Positions 12,666-24,849 of a DNA stretch of 64,000 nt are shown here, in pieces. How positions within the stretch are numbered: position 1 is the stretch's first letter; the number at the start of each line of letters is the position of its first letter. This stretch comes from Octopus sinensis (Eukaryota): the NCBI RefSeq assembly GCF_006345805.1, contig NC_042998.1:70246001-70310000 (forward strand). The letters run 5' to 3'. Made by a program: the position numbers and the translations under genes. Under the pieces are notes generated by a model. That model did not search any database. It saw only the letters and a list, made by a program, of their open reading frames with translations, and was not told the origin of the DNA.

Positions 12666-12897
12666 CAGGGTTGGCCAAAAGTCACCTCACAGTAATCAAA
12701 GCCATTTAATTCCAAGATTTATGTATGTTTAACAACTGAATGGATTTAATAAAAGCATCAAAATATGAAACATCGTGGAAATTGTTCAAACTGAAGTCCT
12801 TCTTGAGTGACACATTTTTCCATTCAAGTCAATACAGAATTGCAGATAGTATTTATGGAATTTTGATTTACTGTGGGGTGACTTCTAGTTAATCCTG
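12666..12897. mobile_element. Tc1/mariner-like MITE
   Basis: TA on both sides; ~30-bp TIRs CAGGGTTGGCCAAAAGTCACCTCACAGTAA vs reverse complement CAGGATTAACTAGAAGTCACCCCACAGTAA. Confidence 0.8.
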
Positions 12898-12954
12898 TAT
12901 AATTATATATATATATATATAGACTATCAAATAATGCTGTGCATTGCATCATTT

Positions 12955-13145
12955 TAGCCATCAAATGACGCCACCCAGCTGGTTAGGCGAGCAGGCCAAC
13001 ACTCCCCCTTGATCAAAAGGAGACTGAAATAACATGAAATGAAGTGTTTTGCTCAAGAACACAATGTACCTCCTGGTCTGGGAATCAAACCCATGATCTA
13101 GTGATCATGAGTGTAACAGCCTAAGCACTAGGCCATGTGCTTTCA
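12955..13145 (-). mobile_element. tRNA-headed SINE family D
   Basis: Minus head tggcctagtgcttagg..catgggtttgattccc; gtgttttgctcaagaacacaa motif shared with 45060 and 60380. Confidence 0.65.
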
Positions 13146-13239
13146 CATATATACACACAGCAGGATGAAATATCATTGGCATGGATTAGTTTCTGATGGA
13201 TCTTAAATTGTCAAGATAAGAGCCACACACTATGGATTC

Positions 13240-13605
13240 ATTCAGGACAATCCTCTGTGGCACATGTAGTGTGAGACAAACAAGGTTCAGTTGATGAAAT
13301 TAAAACAGACTATTACTGAGTAGGATTAGCTCTGAGTAATACCTTCTTGGTCAGTTCATCTAGCATTGCCTTCCTCCATTAGTTCAAATATTATTGAGAT
13401 CAGCCCTTGTTGTCTGCAAGAGTTGTTCTGTCACTAGGCAGCATGAAGTGGGATTATTCTTTTTCGATCTGGGTTCTGTTCTTCAACTTTGCTGCCATGC
13501 ATAGTCCTACCAAAGAACATTAGACTCTTGATGGGCATTGCTCTCAGAATCACTGAACAATGCAAGCCTCCTCTACCATGACAAGGAATGACCATCAGAA
13601 GAATC
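13240..13605 (-). mobile_element. Decayed RTE-type LINE 5' UTR region
   Basis: Minus ccttgtcatggtagaggaggcttgcattgttcagtgattctgagagcaatgcc resembles the RTE/BovB-type 5' end from memory; extent approximate. Confidence 0.45.
13530..13602 (-). ncRNA. Decayed HDV-like ribozyme fold at the RTE 5' end
   Basis: TCTTCT(P1) GATGGT(P2) CAT(P3) TCCTTGTC(L3 with U20, CC, G25) ATG GT AGAGGA(P1') GG(P1.1) ..TTCAG-TGATT-CTGAG(P4).. CAAT(J4/2) GC CCATC(P2'). Confidence 0.4.
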
Positions 13606-14167
13606 TAAGTATGCATATACATACACACACATACTTTATATTCTACTTGATATGGACATATTGTTTAAATGCTAAATACTGTAGTATTTGTCCTGAGAGA
13701 ACCTCTCATACAGATGCACGGTGCTAAGAGCACACACATGTATACAGTTTGAAGATATGGGATTATCTGGTATGGGTGTTGGAATTACCAGATCACATGA
13801 TTTTAGCATACTGCACATCCTCAGTGACAGGTACCCACTTGTCACATATCAGCTAAATCTCACTGTCCAATGTTATACACATTTACAGTGACTTTTCAGT
13901 CACTGATGTTACAAATAGCAAGCAGTCTTATTAAAAAATAAATAAAGCAGTACCCATACCATACGGCAATCTTTATATCCTACTCAATGTGCATCTATAT
14001 GATGCATATTGAGTAGGATATATTGTTAGAATTCTGTAGTATTCAGCATTCTTGCCCTAGAAAAATATAGGGTCAGGGTGCTTCTCATCCCTCCTAGACT
14101 AAGATACAAAAAGCGAAAAAGTGATTGCAAGTATGTGCATGTGTGTATGTTTATATCTGTTTATGCA

Positions 14168-14200
<33 letters not shown>

Positions 14201-14334
14201 TTTGGGGTCTTAGGGAAGCCATCCAGCTGTAGAAACCATGCCAAACACTGTATACAATGGTCTCCGTATTACAGTGGCCATTTAGTTGACATGTTGTGTT
14301 ACCTCTAGATGAGCATCCTGCCTCTGTCTTAGGT

Positions 14335-14615
14335 GTGGGCCTACCTTCTAAAATCTTTTTTACATTGGATGCACAGCTAAAGGAAATTCTCAGGGTGTGC
14401 CTATTAAATATTTTGCTAAATAATTTGTATGGGAAAGTGCTTGTCTATGATGCTAAGGAAAATCTTAACTATTAGGATTTTAACACTTAAAGAGAAGGGT
14501 GGTGTGAACCACAACACTTTCTGGTGTTGCTTCCTCTTGGAGGGTTTAGGGTCTGGCATGTAACTAATTCTGTCTTTGAAGCCACTGGCAGCCAGAACCT
14601 CATTATTGTATGAGC
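14335..14615 (-). pseudogene. Penelope-like element (PLE) ORF relic, post-RT thumb/linker region
   Basis: YNNEVLAASGFKDRISY..KRKQHQKVLWFTPPFSLSVK..KIFLSIIDKHFP, frameshift, KIFNRHTLRISFSCASNVKKIL resembles PLE ..RKIIWFNPPFS..FL.LIDKHFP..KIFNRNTVKVSYSCM.N. Confidence 0.8.
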
Positions 14616-14733
14616 AGCAGCATCGAAAATCTTTATGTGGAAGTGTGTGCATGTGTGTATGTAAGCCATTTGTGAGTCTATAAGTCAGGAAAAATGGACT
14701 TGTACAGTATTATTTATTCATTGCAGCTGATCT

Positions 14734-14808
14734 TACCACTAGGTTTCGCACTAGGGATTCAATGGAGGTAACAGTCCGATTATGTAACCCTGCACTCTTC
14801 AGAGGTAG
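14734..14808 (-). ncRNA. Hammerhead-like motif, decayed
   Basis: CTACCT-CTGAAGA-GTGCAGGG-(31-nt loop)-CCCTAGTGC-GAAAC-CTAG-T-GGTAAG; canonical core, stem I TACC/GGTA, palindromic CTAG loop, but no intact NUH triplet. Confidence 0.45.
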
Positions 14809-14809
14809 C

Positions 14810-14868
<59 letters not shown>

Positions 14869-15284
14869 CACACATACACATATAATATGGTCTATTTGTC
14901 ATATTCTGATGAGTTTCTAAAGTCACATGTGTTGTCGTGTGTCTGTATTTGTATGTGTTCGTGTATATTCTCCCTACCTACTTCCTCTCTTTCTTTTTTT
15001 ACACTGACATGTTTCTAAACATTGGGTCTTTATTGATTTGCACATGTCACATTTCTGACTACAGTATCTTAATTGCCCTCTTGGGCCATGTTGTTGCTGC
15101 AGTTCAAGTTTTACATAAACATAAGAAATACACACACACACTCACTACTGTTTTAGGCAGATAAACAAAACCAATTTTTTTATTATTTAGGTCAGAATAT
15201 AAGAAGGTACCATAAGTGCAGTGTCTGCTATCAGCACAGATGATATCGATAATGAGAATTGTTGGCTAGTGTTACACACATGAA

Positions 15285-15679
15285 GCATTTAGCAGTTAGC
15301 CTTGCCATATCCAGGCAAAATAATGTTCAAACTGGCTAGATTCAGCCTCTCACAATGCCATTGTAGAACTAAACCATTGGTGCTACATAAAAGACCACCA
15401 GTACACTCTGTAACATGGTTGGTGTTAGGAAGGGCATCCAGCTGTAGAAACCATGGCAAATCAGACAATTGGAGCCGTGGCAGCTCTCTCTTGGCTACCC
15501 CTCATCAAACCATCCAACCCATGTTAGCATGAAAATGGAAGTTAAATGATGATAATGAGGAGGAGGAGGATGACATCATTGAAATCTTGAAGCTACAAGA
15601 TAATGCATAATTAATTCAAAACAATGCGAACAAATAAGCATTACGTTTGATGGAGTAATCTGAATATTTAAAGGGTTAA
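15285..15679. mobile_element. piggyBac-like MITE interrupted by a family A copy (about 15380-15575, +)
   Basis: Both halves match 59374-59602; right end ..aaagggTTAA. Confidence 0.65.
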
Positions 15680-16719
15680 TGTAATTACTACCATAATGTA
15701 TCAAGGCCAAATGAACCTGGGGCAACCTACCACTCTCGTAGATATTCATAATATACAGTTGCCGCATGCTGCAGAAATAAGTGATGTGAAATGGTTTAGC
15801 CAGGAATTGAACCTGGATTGAAATTGCATAATGCACTTACCTAACTGCAGCACATCTCCACAGTGCTGGCAGAAGGTATTTTCTGTGTAGTTTACTTCTA
15901 ACCCAATTTAGTAGCAGAACTCTTACCTCCCACTCACAGCCACTGGATGTCATTGCTGTGGTCAGCTTGACCTTTGGAAGGTGAAGGCATTTAAGCCTCC
16001 ACTTCATCATCATCATCCTTTACTAATATCATGTTTATCCCACATATATTTTCTATTACAGTAGCTGGCTATATATATTTAATACACCATATATGCATAG
16101 CTGGTGAATGACTTTAACCTACCCCTGTAATGTCCCCCCAGCCAGTACCCTTGTGGCAAATAATAAAGAATGGATTCTTGTTTTTATTATGAAAACTGTT
16201 TTATTATTATTATTATGAAGATGATGATGATGTAAGAAGTGATTAGCAAAATCAATGATTATTATTATTATTATCATTTTTTTAATTACTGTTGTTGTTG
16301 TTAATTCTGTGTTAAACACCTCTCCAGGTCAACATTGTTTAAACAAAGTTGGGTAGATGTGTGTGCGTGTATAAATGAGGTAGAGATAATGTGTGTCTAT
16401 GCTTGTGTGTGTGTGCATGTGTATGTGTGTGAGAGAGAGAGAGAGAGAGAGAAAAAGTGAGGGAAAGAGCGGGAAAGTGTGTGTGTCTTTAAGAGGGAGA
16501 AACAGGAGCGTGTGTAAGAGAAAGAAAGTATGCATTTGAGTGAATTTTTGTGTGTGCGTGTGTGTGTTTGTGTGTACAGGGTGGGTGCAAACAACAGGAA
16601 TTTGAAGCGTTCGATAAATTCTTTAGATGTTTCATGTCTGGGGTGAACTTTGTCAGAACATGTTTAGTTTTAGATCAACTATTGATTTTAAACTTAATTC
16701 TTTGCCGAAGTCTGATTAA

Positions 16720-16857
16720 TAACAATAACAACAAAAACAACAACAACAACGACAACAATAATAATAATAATGATAATAATAATGATAATATAAATAAAAG
16801 TAATAATAATACTGATGATAATAATAATAATAATAATGATGATAATAATAATAATCG
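16720..16857. repeat. (AAC)n to (AAT/GAT)n trinucleotide tract
   Basis: Directly visible; explains the poly-N and poly-I ORFs. Confidence 0.95.
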
Positions 16858-17073
16858 CCTTACAAAAATAGATGTTCATGACGAGATGAATGAATATCAG
16901 ATTGCTTATGTGCATGGATGGCTGCAGAAGCTTGAGTGCATAGATGTGCATCTGTTATTTCAAGTATGCATTTATATGCCTTCATCTAACTATCTAATTG
17001 TGCATGTAAAATTGTGCATCTCTCTTTTTCTCTTTTAAACATGCATTCATATTTATATAAGATACGTAGATGC

Positions 17074-17105
<32 letters not shown>

Positions 17106-18326
17106 TATATGTATATAACTGTGTGTGTGTCTATAAAAATATATGGATAGACATGTATGCATATATATATATATATATATGTGTGTGTACATATGTATGT
17201 CTTTATATCTTTGTATAAATATGTATGCACATATATATATATATACATATATGTGTGCATATATGTAGACATGTATATATATATGTGTGTGTTTAATTAT
17301 AAAATATTTATTTAATAATCCTGTAAGATTAATTATGCGTGTAGAAGTTGGATTATAATTGCATAAGTAATTATGCAATTTAAGTCTATATTAAATTAAA
17401 TGTGTATGTATGTGCATTTATTTTATATGTATGTAACCTTTTGAGTGTATGTGCTTTTACGTATTGTATGTGTGTGTGTGTGTGTACACACACATGTGTG
17501 AAAGAGGGAGACAGAAAAGGAAAAAGCAGATAAAGATATGCACTATACAGTGCATACACACACACAGATATATAAACACATATATGCATACATACACACA
17601 TACATACATACATGATTGTTCTGATGATAGCTGTATTCAGGCTCATTTCTCTATACACACACACATTCACACATACACAAATGTGTATACACACTCACAC
17701 GATTTCATGCATACAAATATGTATATTAATTTATATATACATACACACCCATAAACACATGTGTGTGCATATATATACATATATAATACTTATTCAGATA
17801 CATCAGTGGGCATGCATGCATTATGAACTGGATATCGTAAATATTTGACCTTTGTCCAATCAACAACTCTGTAATAGATACCAAATATATAATATATCGA
17901 AGAGATATTGGACATTTCCAAGATTGCTTGAGAAATGGTTGTTTCATACCATTTTATGTAGTATTACTCATGTCATTATCATCATTATCAGCTGTCGGCT
18001 AAAAATATATTCCAGTTGCTTCATTCCTTTGATCCACTAGAGATGAACGATAAGAACAAAATCTTTGTAGAGTTCTGAAATAATGGGATACCACTGGAAT
18101 ATTTTGTCTGAGTAAATACCACAGATCTGACATTGTTGATCTGGAAATGGTGTAAATATGATGTATTTGCGGTTGGTGAATACCTTGTGTAAAATTGTAG
18201 AGAATAAACAGTATAGTAAGCAAATCCATGTGCACACAACACACACACAAGACACATAGACATGCACACACACACAAGACACACAGACATGCACACACAC
18301 GCACAAGACACATAGACATGCACACA

Positions 18327-18382
<56 letters not shown>

Positions 18383-20549
18383 TGTGCTTGCAAGGATACA
18401 CACCATAGAAAGACAAAATATATTAAACAGAACAGGAGACATGTGGAATAGAGAGTTGCTGAAGAGGTCACAGGTGTGTGATGAAAGATTTCCAGAGAAT
18501 GGACATAAAATATGAACAATAATAAAGAAGTGAAGAATGAATATATAGTGTGTGCATTTATTTGGGATAAAAAAAAGATGACTATCCTGAAATATAACAA
18601 TAGTCGTTAAATAGTTATTGAGGAATAACAATATCTGGTGGGCTGTGTGTCAAGATCATAATGATCACATGGGGATTCATATTAGCTATTACACATTTTT
18701 ATTAACCTGGAACATTTACATATATGCAACAGCTGAATATATTGAGCAGCTTTCATATGGAATAAGTACAAATTTTCATTGCATGATATACTAATTAATA
18801 TATGAAGGTAGTTCATACTTATAGAGAACAAATTAAGTAGAATGAGAATGCCTTATCACAAGGCAAGAGATGTGGTAAAAGTGAGAACACCTATCATGGA
18901 AAGTGGGTGATATAGTTCAATGTAACATCAGAGATTGTCCTGTAAGGAAACATAGAAGAGAGTGAGAGACCATTTCATGGAACAGAGTGACATGGCTTTG
19001 TGTGGACTTCTAGATGGCTCTGTATGGACTTCTAGATGGCCCTGCCTATGACTCAGCTTGCCAGCTTTATAACCCCTGTGGAGTTTCTAGAAATTTCAAC
19101 CAGGCTCTTTGGTGGGAAGATTCCAGCTCACTTTGTAATACACCAGCTGATCTGACTGGGCCATGTTCACAAAGGCATTAATGCCTTTTATGGTGACACA
19201 ATCTTTCCTATTAGTACAGGTGGCCTTATATTGTTTGTATATTTGTTTTATTTTATTGGTGGTTTATGGGTGTGGTCTGTGTCCACCACCTCCCTCTATG
19301 GGTGTGGTCTGCATCTACCATCTTCTGTGATTGTGGTTTATATCTTCCAGATCTCCATCTCTGTGGGTGTGATCTGTGTTCACTACATTTCTTTAAGGAT
19401 GTAGTTTTCATCCACTCTCCTATCAGTAAAGGAGCTTCTGAAGTTACCATACTTGGTCTACTAGAATTAGCAGCTAAATCACTTTTGAAACATACTTTGT
19501 CTTAAAGAGAGAAACATCAATTGGAATGTTAAGTTCTAAATACAAAATGCACAAAAAAAAAAACAAAAACAAAAAAAAAAACAAGGCAAATAAATAATGA
19601 GATAATATAAATAAATAATAAATGGGATGATCATGGTTGGAACTGATAGAATGAGGAAATGTTGGCACTGGTGTGGGTGTAGTGGTTGCAAGTAGGGTGC
19701 AGTGATGTTGTGGTGTGTAACTGGGACAGCTACAATGTTATACAATAAGGCATATTCTATGTTGTGTCACAGATTCATCATGTAACATGAGCAAAGCTAC
19801 ATTAGTTGGAGGGAGAAACAACAACAACAACAATAATAATAATAACAATAATAGAGTTGAAGAATCAAGGAGGGAAATAAATAATAAAGAGGGAAGAGGT
19901 AAAAGAAGAAACAAGAAGAGAAGGAAAAAAAACTAAAAAAAAAATACTAAGAAAAAACTGATAAAAGGAGGCACTAAGAAGAATTAAGAAGACAGTGAGA
20001 TGAAAAAGTTTGAAAAATCTAGAAGAAATCTAATTAACAATTTTTTTTTTCTTCCAGAAATAATATAAAAAAAAAACGATAAACAACTCACAGCAAAATA
20101 TAATAAAAAGAAAATCTTCCCAAAATAATAAAAATGTCTACAATAAATAACAACAACAACAAGAACTGGAACAAAACAGGAGCCTTCATGCTTCTGCTAC
20201 TCACACTGTGCCATTTCAGCAAAAGTAAAATAAAAATTCCATTCTGGTTGAGTGTGAAATATTATTGCTAGCATTGATCTCCTCCAGACTGGAATGTGCT
20301 GAAGTTCCAGCAGAGACAGAATCAATACAAGTGTATTCTTCACTGAACAACCACATTCTCCAGACTCAAGGCAGCCAGACATTTCTGGACAATGGTCTAG
20401 TTCTTTGTTTTAGCTTGTCTTTACATCTTTAGTGTGTTTTTTTTCCCCATTTTTTTTTCGTTTTTTTTCTCTCTCTTTGGCCTTTCCTTGCTTACTCTTT
20501 TTGTTGTCCTGCTATAATGCCCACGCATGAACACATACAAACTACATAT

Positions 20550-20960
20550 ATTTTGATATATATATATGTGTGTATATATGTATGTTTATGTTTATACACA
20601 TATATATATGTATGTTTATGCTTATATATATATATATATATGTATGTTTATGTATATATATATATATACATGTGTTTGTTTATATATATATATACATATG
20701 TATATATGTATGTTTATGTATATATATATATATGTATGTGTATATTTATGTATATATTTGTATATATATATGTGTGTATATATGGATATATATGTGTGTA
20801 TATATATGTGTATATATGTATATATATGTAATGTATATATATGTATATGTATGTATATGTTTTATGTATATATATGTATATATATATGTATATGTTTTAT
20901 GTATATATATGTGTATATATTTGTGTGTATATATATATATATAATATGCACACACACACA
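20550..20960. repeat. Compound (TA)/(TG) microsatellite
   Basis: Directly visible; one of many such tracts (e.g. 11800-12060, 40060-40530, 46700-47060, 52930-53160, 53670-53790). Confidence 0.95.
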
Positions 20961-23230
20961 CACATATACTATTAACGTAAACAGTCATGTTATTTATTTC
21001 CACACTAGTGAAATTGTGGCGATGGAGGACCATTATTGGCAGTACACGTGATCACAGCTGACCAGAGTGATAATGTTTATATCTACAGGGTATATAATCT
21101 GTTTCAAAACACATTGCTCTACAACCTTGTGTACATGTGTGCGTGTGCATGCATGCATGCATGTGTGTGTGTGTGTGTGTGTGGAAACATTCATATCTAC
21201 CGCACTACCACTTATATTATCTGATAAACATATGTTATCTAATCTCATTCCAGTTGTTGACATGGCTGTCATTTTTTATTTATATAAAATTCCCTTTTTC
21301 CCCACCATTTATTCAGACGTAATTATGCAGTTACTCATGTATATATAAGAATAATTTCATATACATATGTGTGTGTATGTACACATGTATATATATGACT
21401 CTGTGTTTATGTGCGTGTGTCTCACACACACATATACTGTCATATATAAATATATATGTGTATGCGTGCATGCACGTGTGTGTATATACACACGCATACT
21501 CACAAACACACTGATAACCATACAGTTGTATGCATGTATCCCATTTCTCTAATTACAGCTGGAAAGTTTCAGACGTATATTTTCAAAGGAAATCAGAAAA
21601 TTCTCTGTGTGTATCTGTGTATACATGTATGTGTGTTTGTAGGTTGTGTATGTATATGCATATGCACGTATGTGTGTATGTAGGGTGAGGTGGGGTGGGG
21701 GGGTATACAAAGCAATGGTTCCAAGGAGGCAGGGTAACCTGGCAGCAACAATCCTCGGTCACCATCCCCATTTTGCACTTTTATCTCTGAAATGCTCCAG
21801 TCCACCTGGCTGTTAGTAGGTAACACTGTTTAGCACAAGCATGTTGCTGGCCCAGTGGGAGTATAACAAAATCGACAAGTTGTTCGTTATGTTGTAGTAT
21901 TGGCTTGATATTGTGTTTTTTCTGGAAATGGAAATGTCAGTTCAATACTTATCCTCAAGCTATGGCTCTCACGCACTGCTTTTTCCTTCTATCCATTAGA
22001 TTTATTTTCTGAATGTTTACACAATATGATGTGATGCCTGGTGTAACTGAGAAACATCTCAATCTATATTTGAACATCTCGTGTTCAGGTATCCACTTGA
22101 AGTAACCATCAGAGTGGACTCTGCGTGTGTGTATGTGTGTATCCATCCCTGTGTGTATATATGTATGTGTGTGTGTATTCATCCCTGTGTGTATATGTGT
22201 TTGTGTGTGTATCTGTCTGTCCCCATGTGTATATATGTGTGTGAGTGTGTGTCCGTCCCCATGTGTGTGTGTGTGAAGGTTTCTGCATAGATGTTATGTA
22301 GTTGTTACTGCTTTGTACAAGAAGTGGCTATACAATATTATTATTGCATTTATCTCAACAATGCAAGTTAACAATGCAAAATGTGTGCAACAACTAGCAT
22401 GTTATGCTGGTAAGTAGTTAGACTTGGCTCAAGTTGGTTACTCGTCAGATATAATGGCCCTCTTAGTTTTGTTAATGATTTCATTTTTTTTTCTTTTTAT
22501 ATTCATCATTCACCCTTCATCTTCACTCATCTTGCAACAACATCTACATCCAGGGTGTTGTAGCTGAATGGAGCAATACTAGATGCCAAGATGCTTGCAC
22601 TACAGGCTTATGTCTCAGTCAATTGTTATTAATTTCTCAATAGACTTTGAGCCATATTAAACTCTGATTACCATCACAGAGAGGCAGTTGTATCTGAATA
22701 ATGTGGTAGGTAGTAGTGGCCTCAATGCCCGCTGGGTATAGAAGGACCATTGGACCTATTGGTGGTTGCAGCCAGACGTTTATCTAGCTGCCTGCAATCT
22801 GCTTCAACTGAAGTGAGCTTTAACATCTTAAAAGGCCTCAAGTCAAGGATTATGTCGCTGAAAAGTCCTTACAAGAACGAAAGCCTTTATTTTCACATGA
22901 TTTTTTTCCATTTGTTCTTGACATTCTGAGAAATATTCATTATACTTTTGTTGATCCTTCATTAATTAGTCAGTAAATGTGTATATATATATATATATTT
23001 ACATACACATTATGCGTACATATATATGTGTATATTAATGTTTGCTTTTCAGTTCAGTTATAATAAAAAACAATTTTACATTAATCTGTATTCTCTACTT
23101 TTGTAGACTACAAATTTATTATTCTTATACAAGAAAGTTGTTGACAGTGACTTTGAATTTTCCGCCTGCAAAGCCTTCATCTTATACAGTTCTATGTTTA
23201 AGAGATGAGGAATTATGTACATTATTTATA

Positions 23231-23464
23231 TTATTTACAATTGAGGATATTTGTCCTCATCTTGTTTGTTGTTACCACAACGTTTCAGCTGATATACCCT
23301 CCAGCCTTCATCAGGTATCTTGGGGAAATTTCGAACCTGGGTTCTCATTCCTTAGGTACTTTTTGATGTTGCTGTTGTTGTTATTATTATTATCGTTATT
23401 ATTCAGGTCACAGCCTGGAATCGAACTCGGAATCTTGGGGTTAGTAGCTTGCGCTCTTAACCAC
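23231..23464 (-). mobile_element. tRNA-headed SINE (family H) with an internal hammerhead-like motif, left copy
   Basis: Minus: gtggttaagagcgcaagctactaaccccaagattccGAGTTCGATTCCagg head, (AAT/AAC)n linker, then GATAC-CTGATGA-A-GGCTG..CAGCT-GAAAC-GTT-GTGGT at 23274-23319. Confidence 0.75.
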
Positions 23465-23465
23465 A

Positions 23466-23680
23466 GCACAGGCTACTAATCCCAAGATTCCGAGTTTGAT
23501 TCCAGGCAGTGACCTGAATAACAACAACAACAACATCGAAAAATACCTTAGGATGAGAACCCAGGTTCAAAATTTCCTCAAGATACCTGATGAAGGCTGG
23601 AAGGTATATCAGCCGAAACATTGTGGTAACAACAAACAAGATGAGGACAAATATCTGTCAATTGTAATTAATGTAAATAA
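23466..23680 (+). mobile_element. tRNA-headed SINE (family H) with an internal hammerhead-like motif, right copy, 5'-truncated
   Basis: Inverted homolog of the left copy; GATAC-CTGATGA-A-GGCTG-GAAGGTATAT-CAGCC-GAAAC-ATT-GTGGT at 23582-23627. Confidence 0.75.
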
Positions 23681-23794
23681 CCTTCATCTTATGCATATTC
23701 ATATGCACACATGAGTATATATCTGCACACACACACCACCACCACCACCACCATCATCATCATCACCAACATCATGGTTTTATATTCTATTTTT

Positions 23795-23990
23795 GCTATA
23801 ATTGCATGAGTTGGCTGTGTCCTTTTTTTTCCTCAGTACAGTGTTTTGCCACTTGTGGTCTTTTGTCATCTCCTTCATGACATACAGCCTCTGGGAGATC
23901 CACCTTCACCACTTCTATCCATGTCTTATTTGGTTTCCTTTGCTGCAGGCTCCTCCCATTTGCATTGTATCTTTGTATCAGCACAACTTT
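23795..23990 (-). pseudogene. Decayed RTE LINE ORF C-terminus
   Basis: Minus RKPNKTWIEVVKVDL resembles GRPRKTWDEVV..DL at about 61520. Confidence 0.55.
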
Positions 23991-24849
23991 ATCTCTTGCA
24001 CACTTAATCTAGTTCTTCTTATACCCAGTTTTCTCTTGGTAATTAAATTACATAATATTTTCAAAAATAATTTATGTAAAAATAACATACATAATAGTAT
24101 ATAGAGTAAGCTTTCCCACAGTTTTCATTACGTTTTGGAAGCAGTAGAAGGCATAGAATCTTCCATTTCCATATGTGTGTGTGTTTGTGTTTATGTGCAG
24201 ATGTATACATACAATATTTAATAAATTTTATTGACAATGACTTAGAAGTTTCATCAGTTTTTGGTGCCTTTACTGGCAAAACTTTTTAAATCACAGTTAT
24301 AAAAATATATTATTAAAACATTTTTACTCAACATCTTTTGTTAATCCTTTATCCATTCACTTAATGTTCACTCCTCCTCCTCCTCCTCTTCTTCTTCGTT
24401 TAATGTCCATGTTCCATGATGACAACTCTCCGTTAACTATATGATATTCTTGTATTGTGTTCATGTGAAGAAGGTTTACAGATACATGACAAAGTACTCA
24501 ATACTTCAGGGAGTGTGTTAAAGTCTGTTGGGAATTTGGTCACAAAGAATTGGAATACGATATAATATTAAGTATATGTTTAAACACGCACACACATATG
24601 CATTTGTGTGTGTATTCTTTTGTTCTTTTAATTGTTTCAGTCATTTGACTGTAGCCATGCTGGAGCACCACCTTTAGTCAAAATTGACCCCAGGACTTAT
24701 TCTTTGTAAGCCTATTACTTATTCAGATAAAACTTACTTGGGAAAGGATGTGTGGCGTTCGATCATATAATAGTATAAATAATATATAAATATATGCATA
24801 TATACATACATATATGTACATACTTACATATATATCTATATATACATGC

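Noticed and set aside
18485-18530. CTGAAGA..GTCAC/GTGAT..GAAA possible hammerhead
   Set aside because: 1-bp stem III with a non-palindromic loop, weak stem I and no repeat context; compatible with chance.
23400-23465. tRNA gene
   Set aside because: Only A/B-box-like and anticodon-like parts, no acceptor stem; it is a SINE head. The same applies to the B, C and D family heads.
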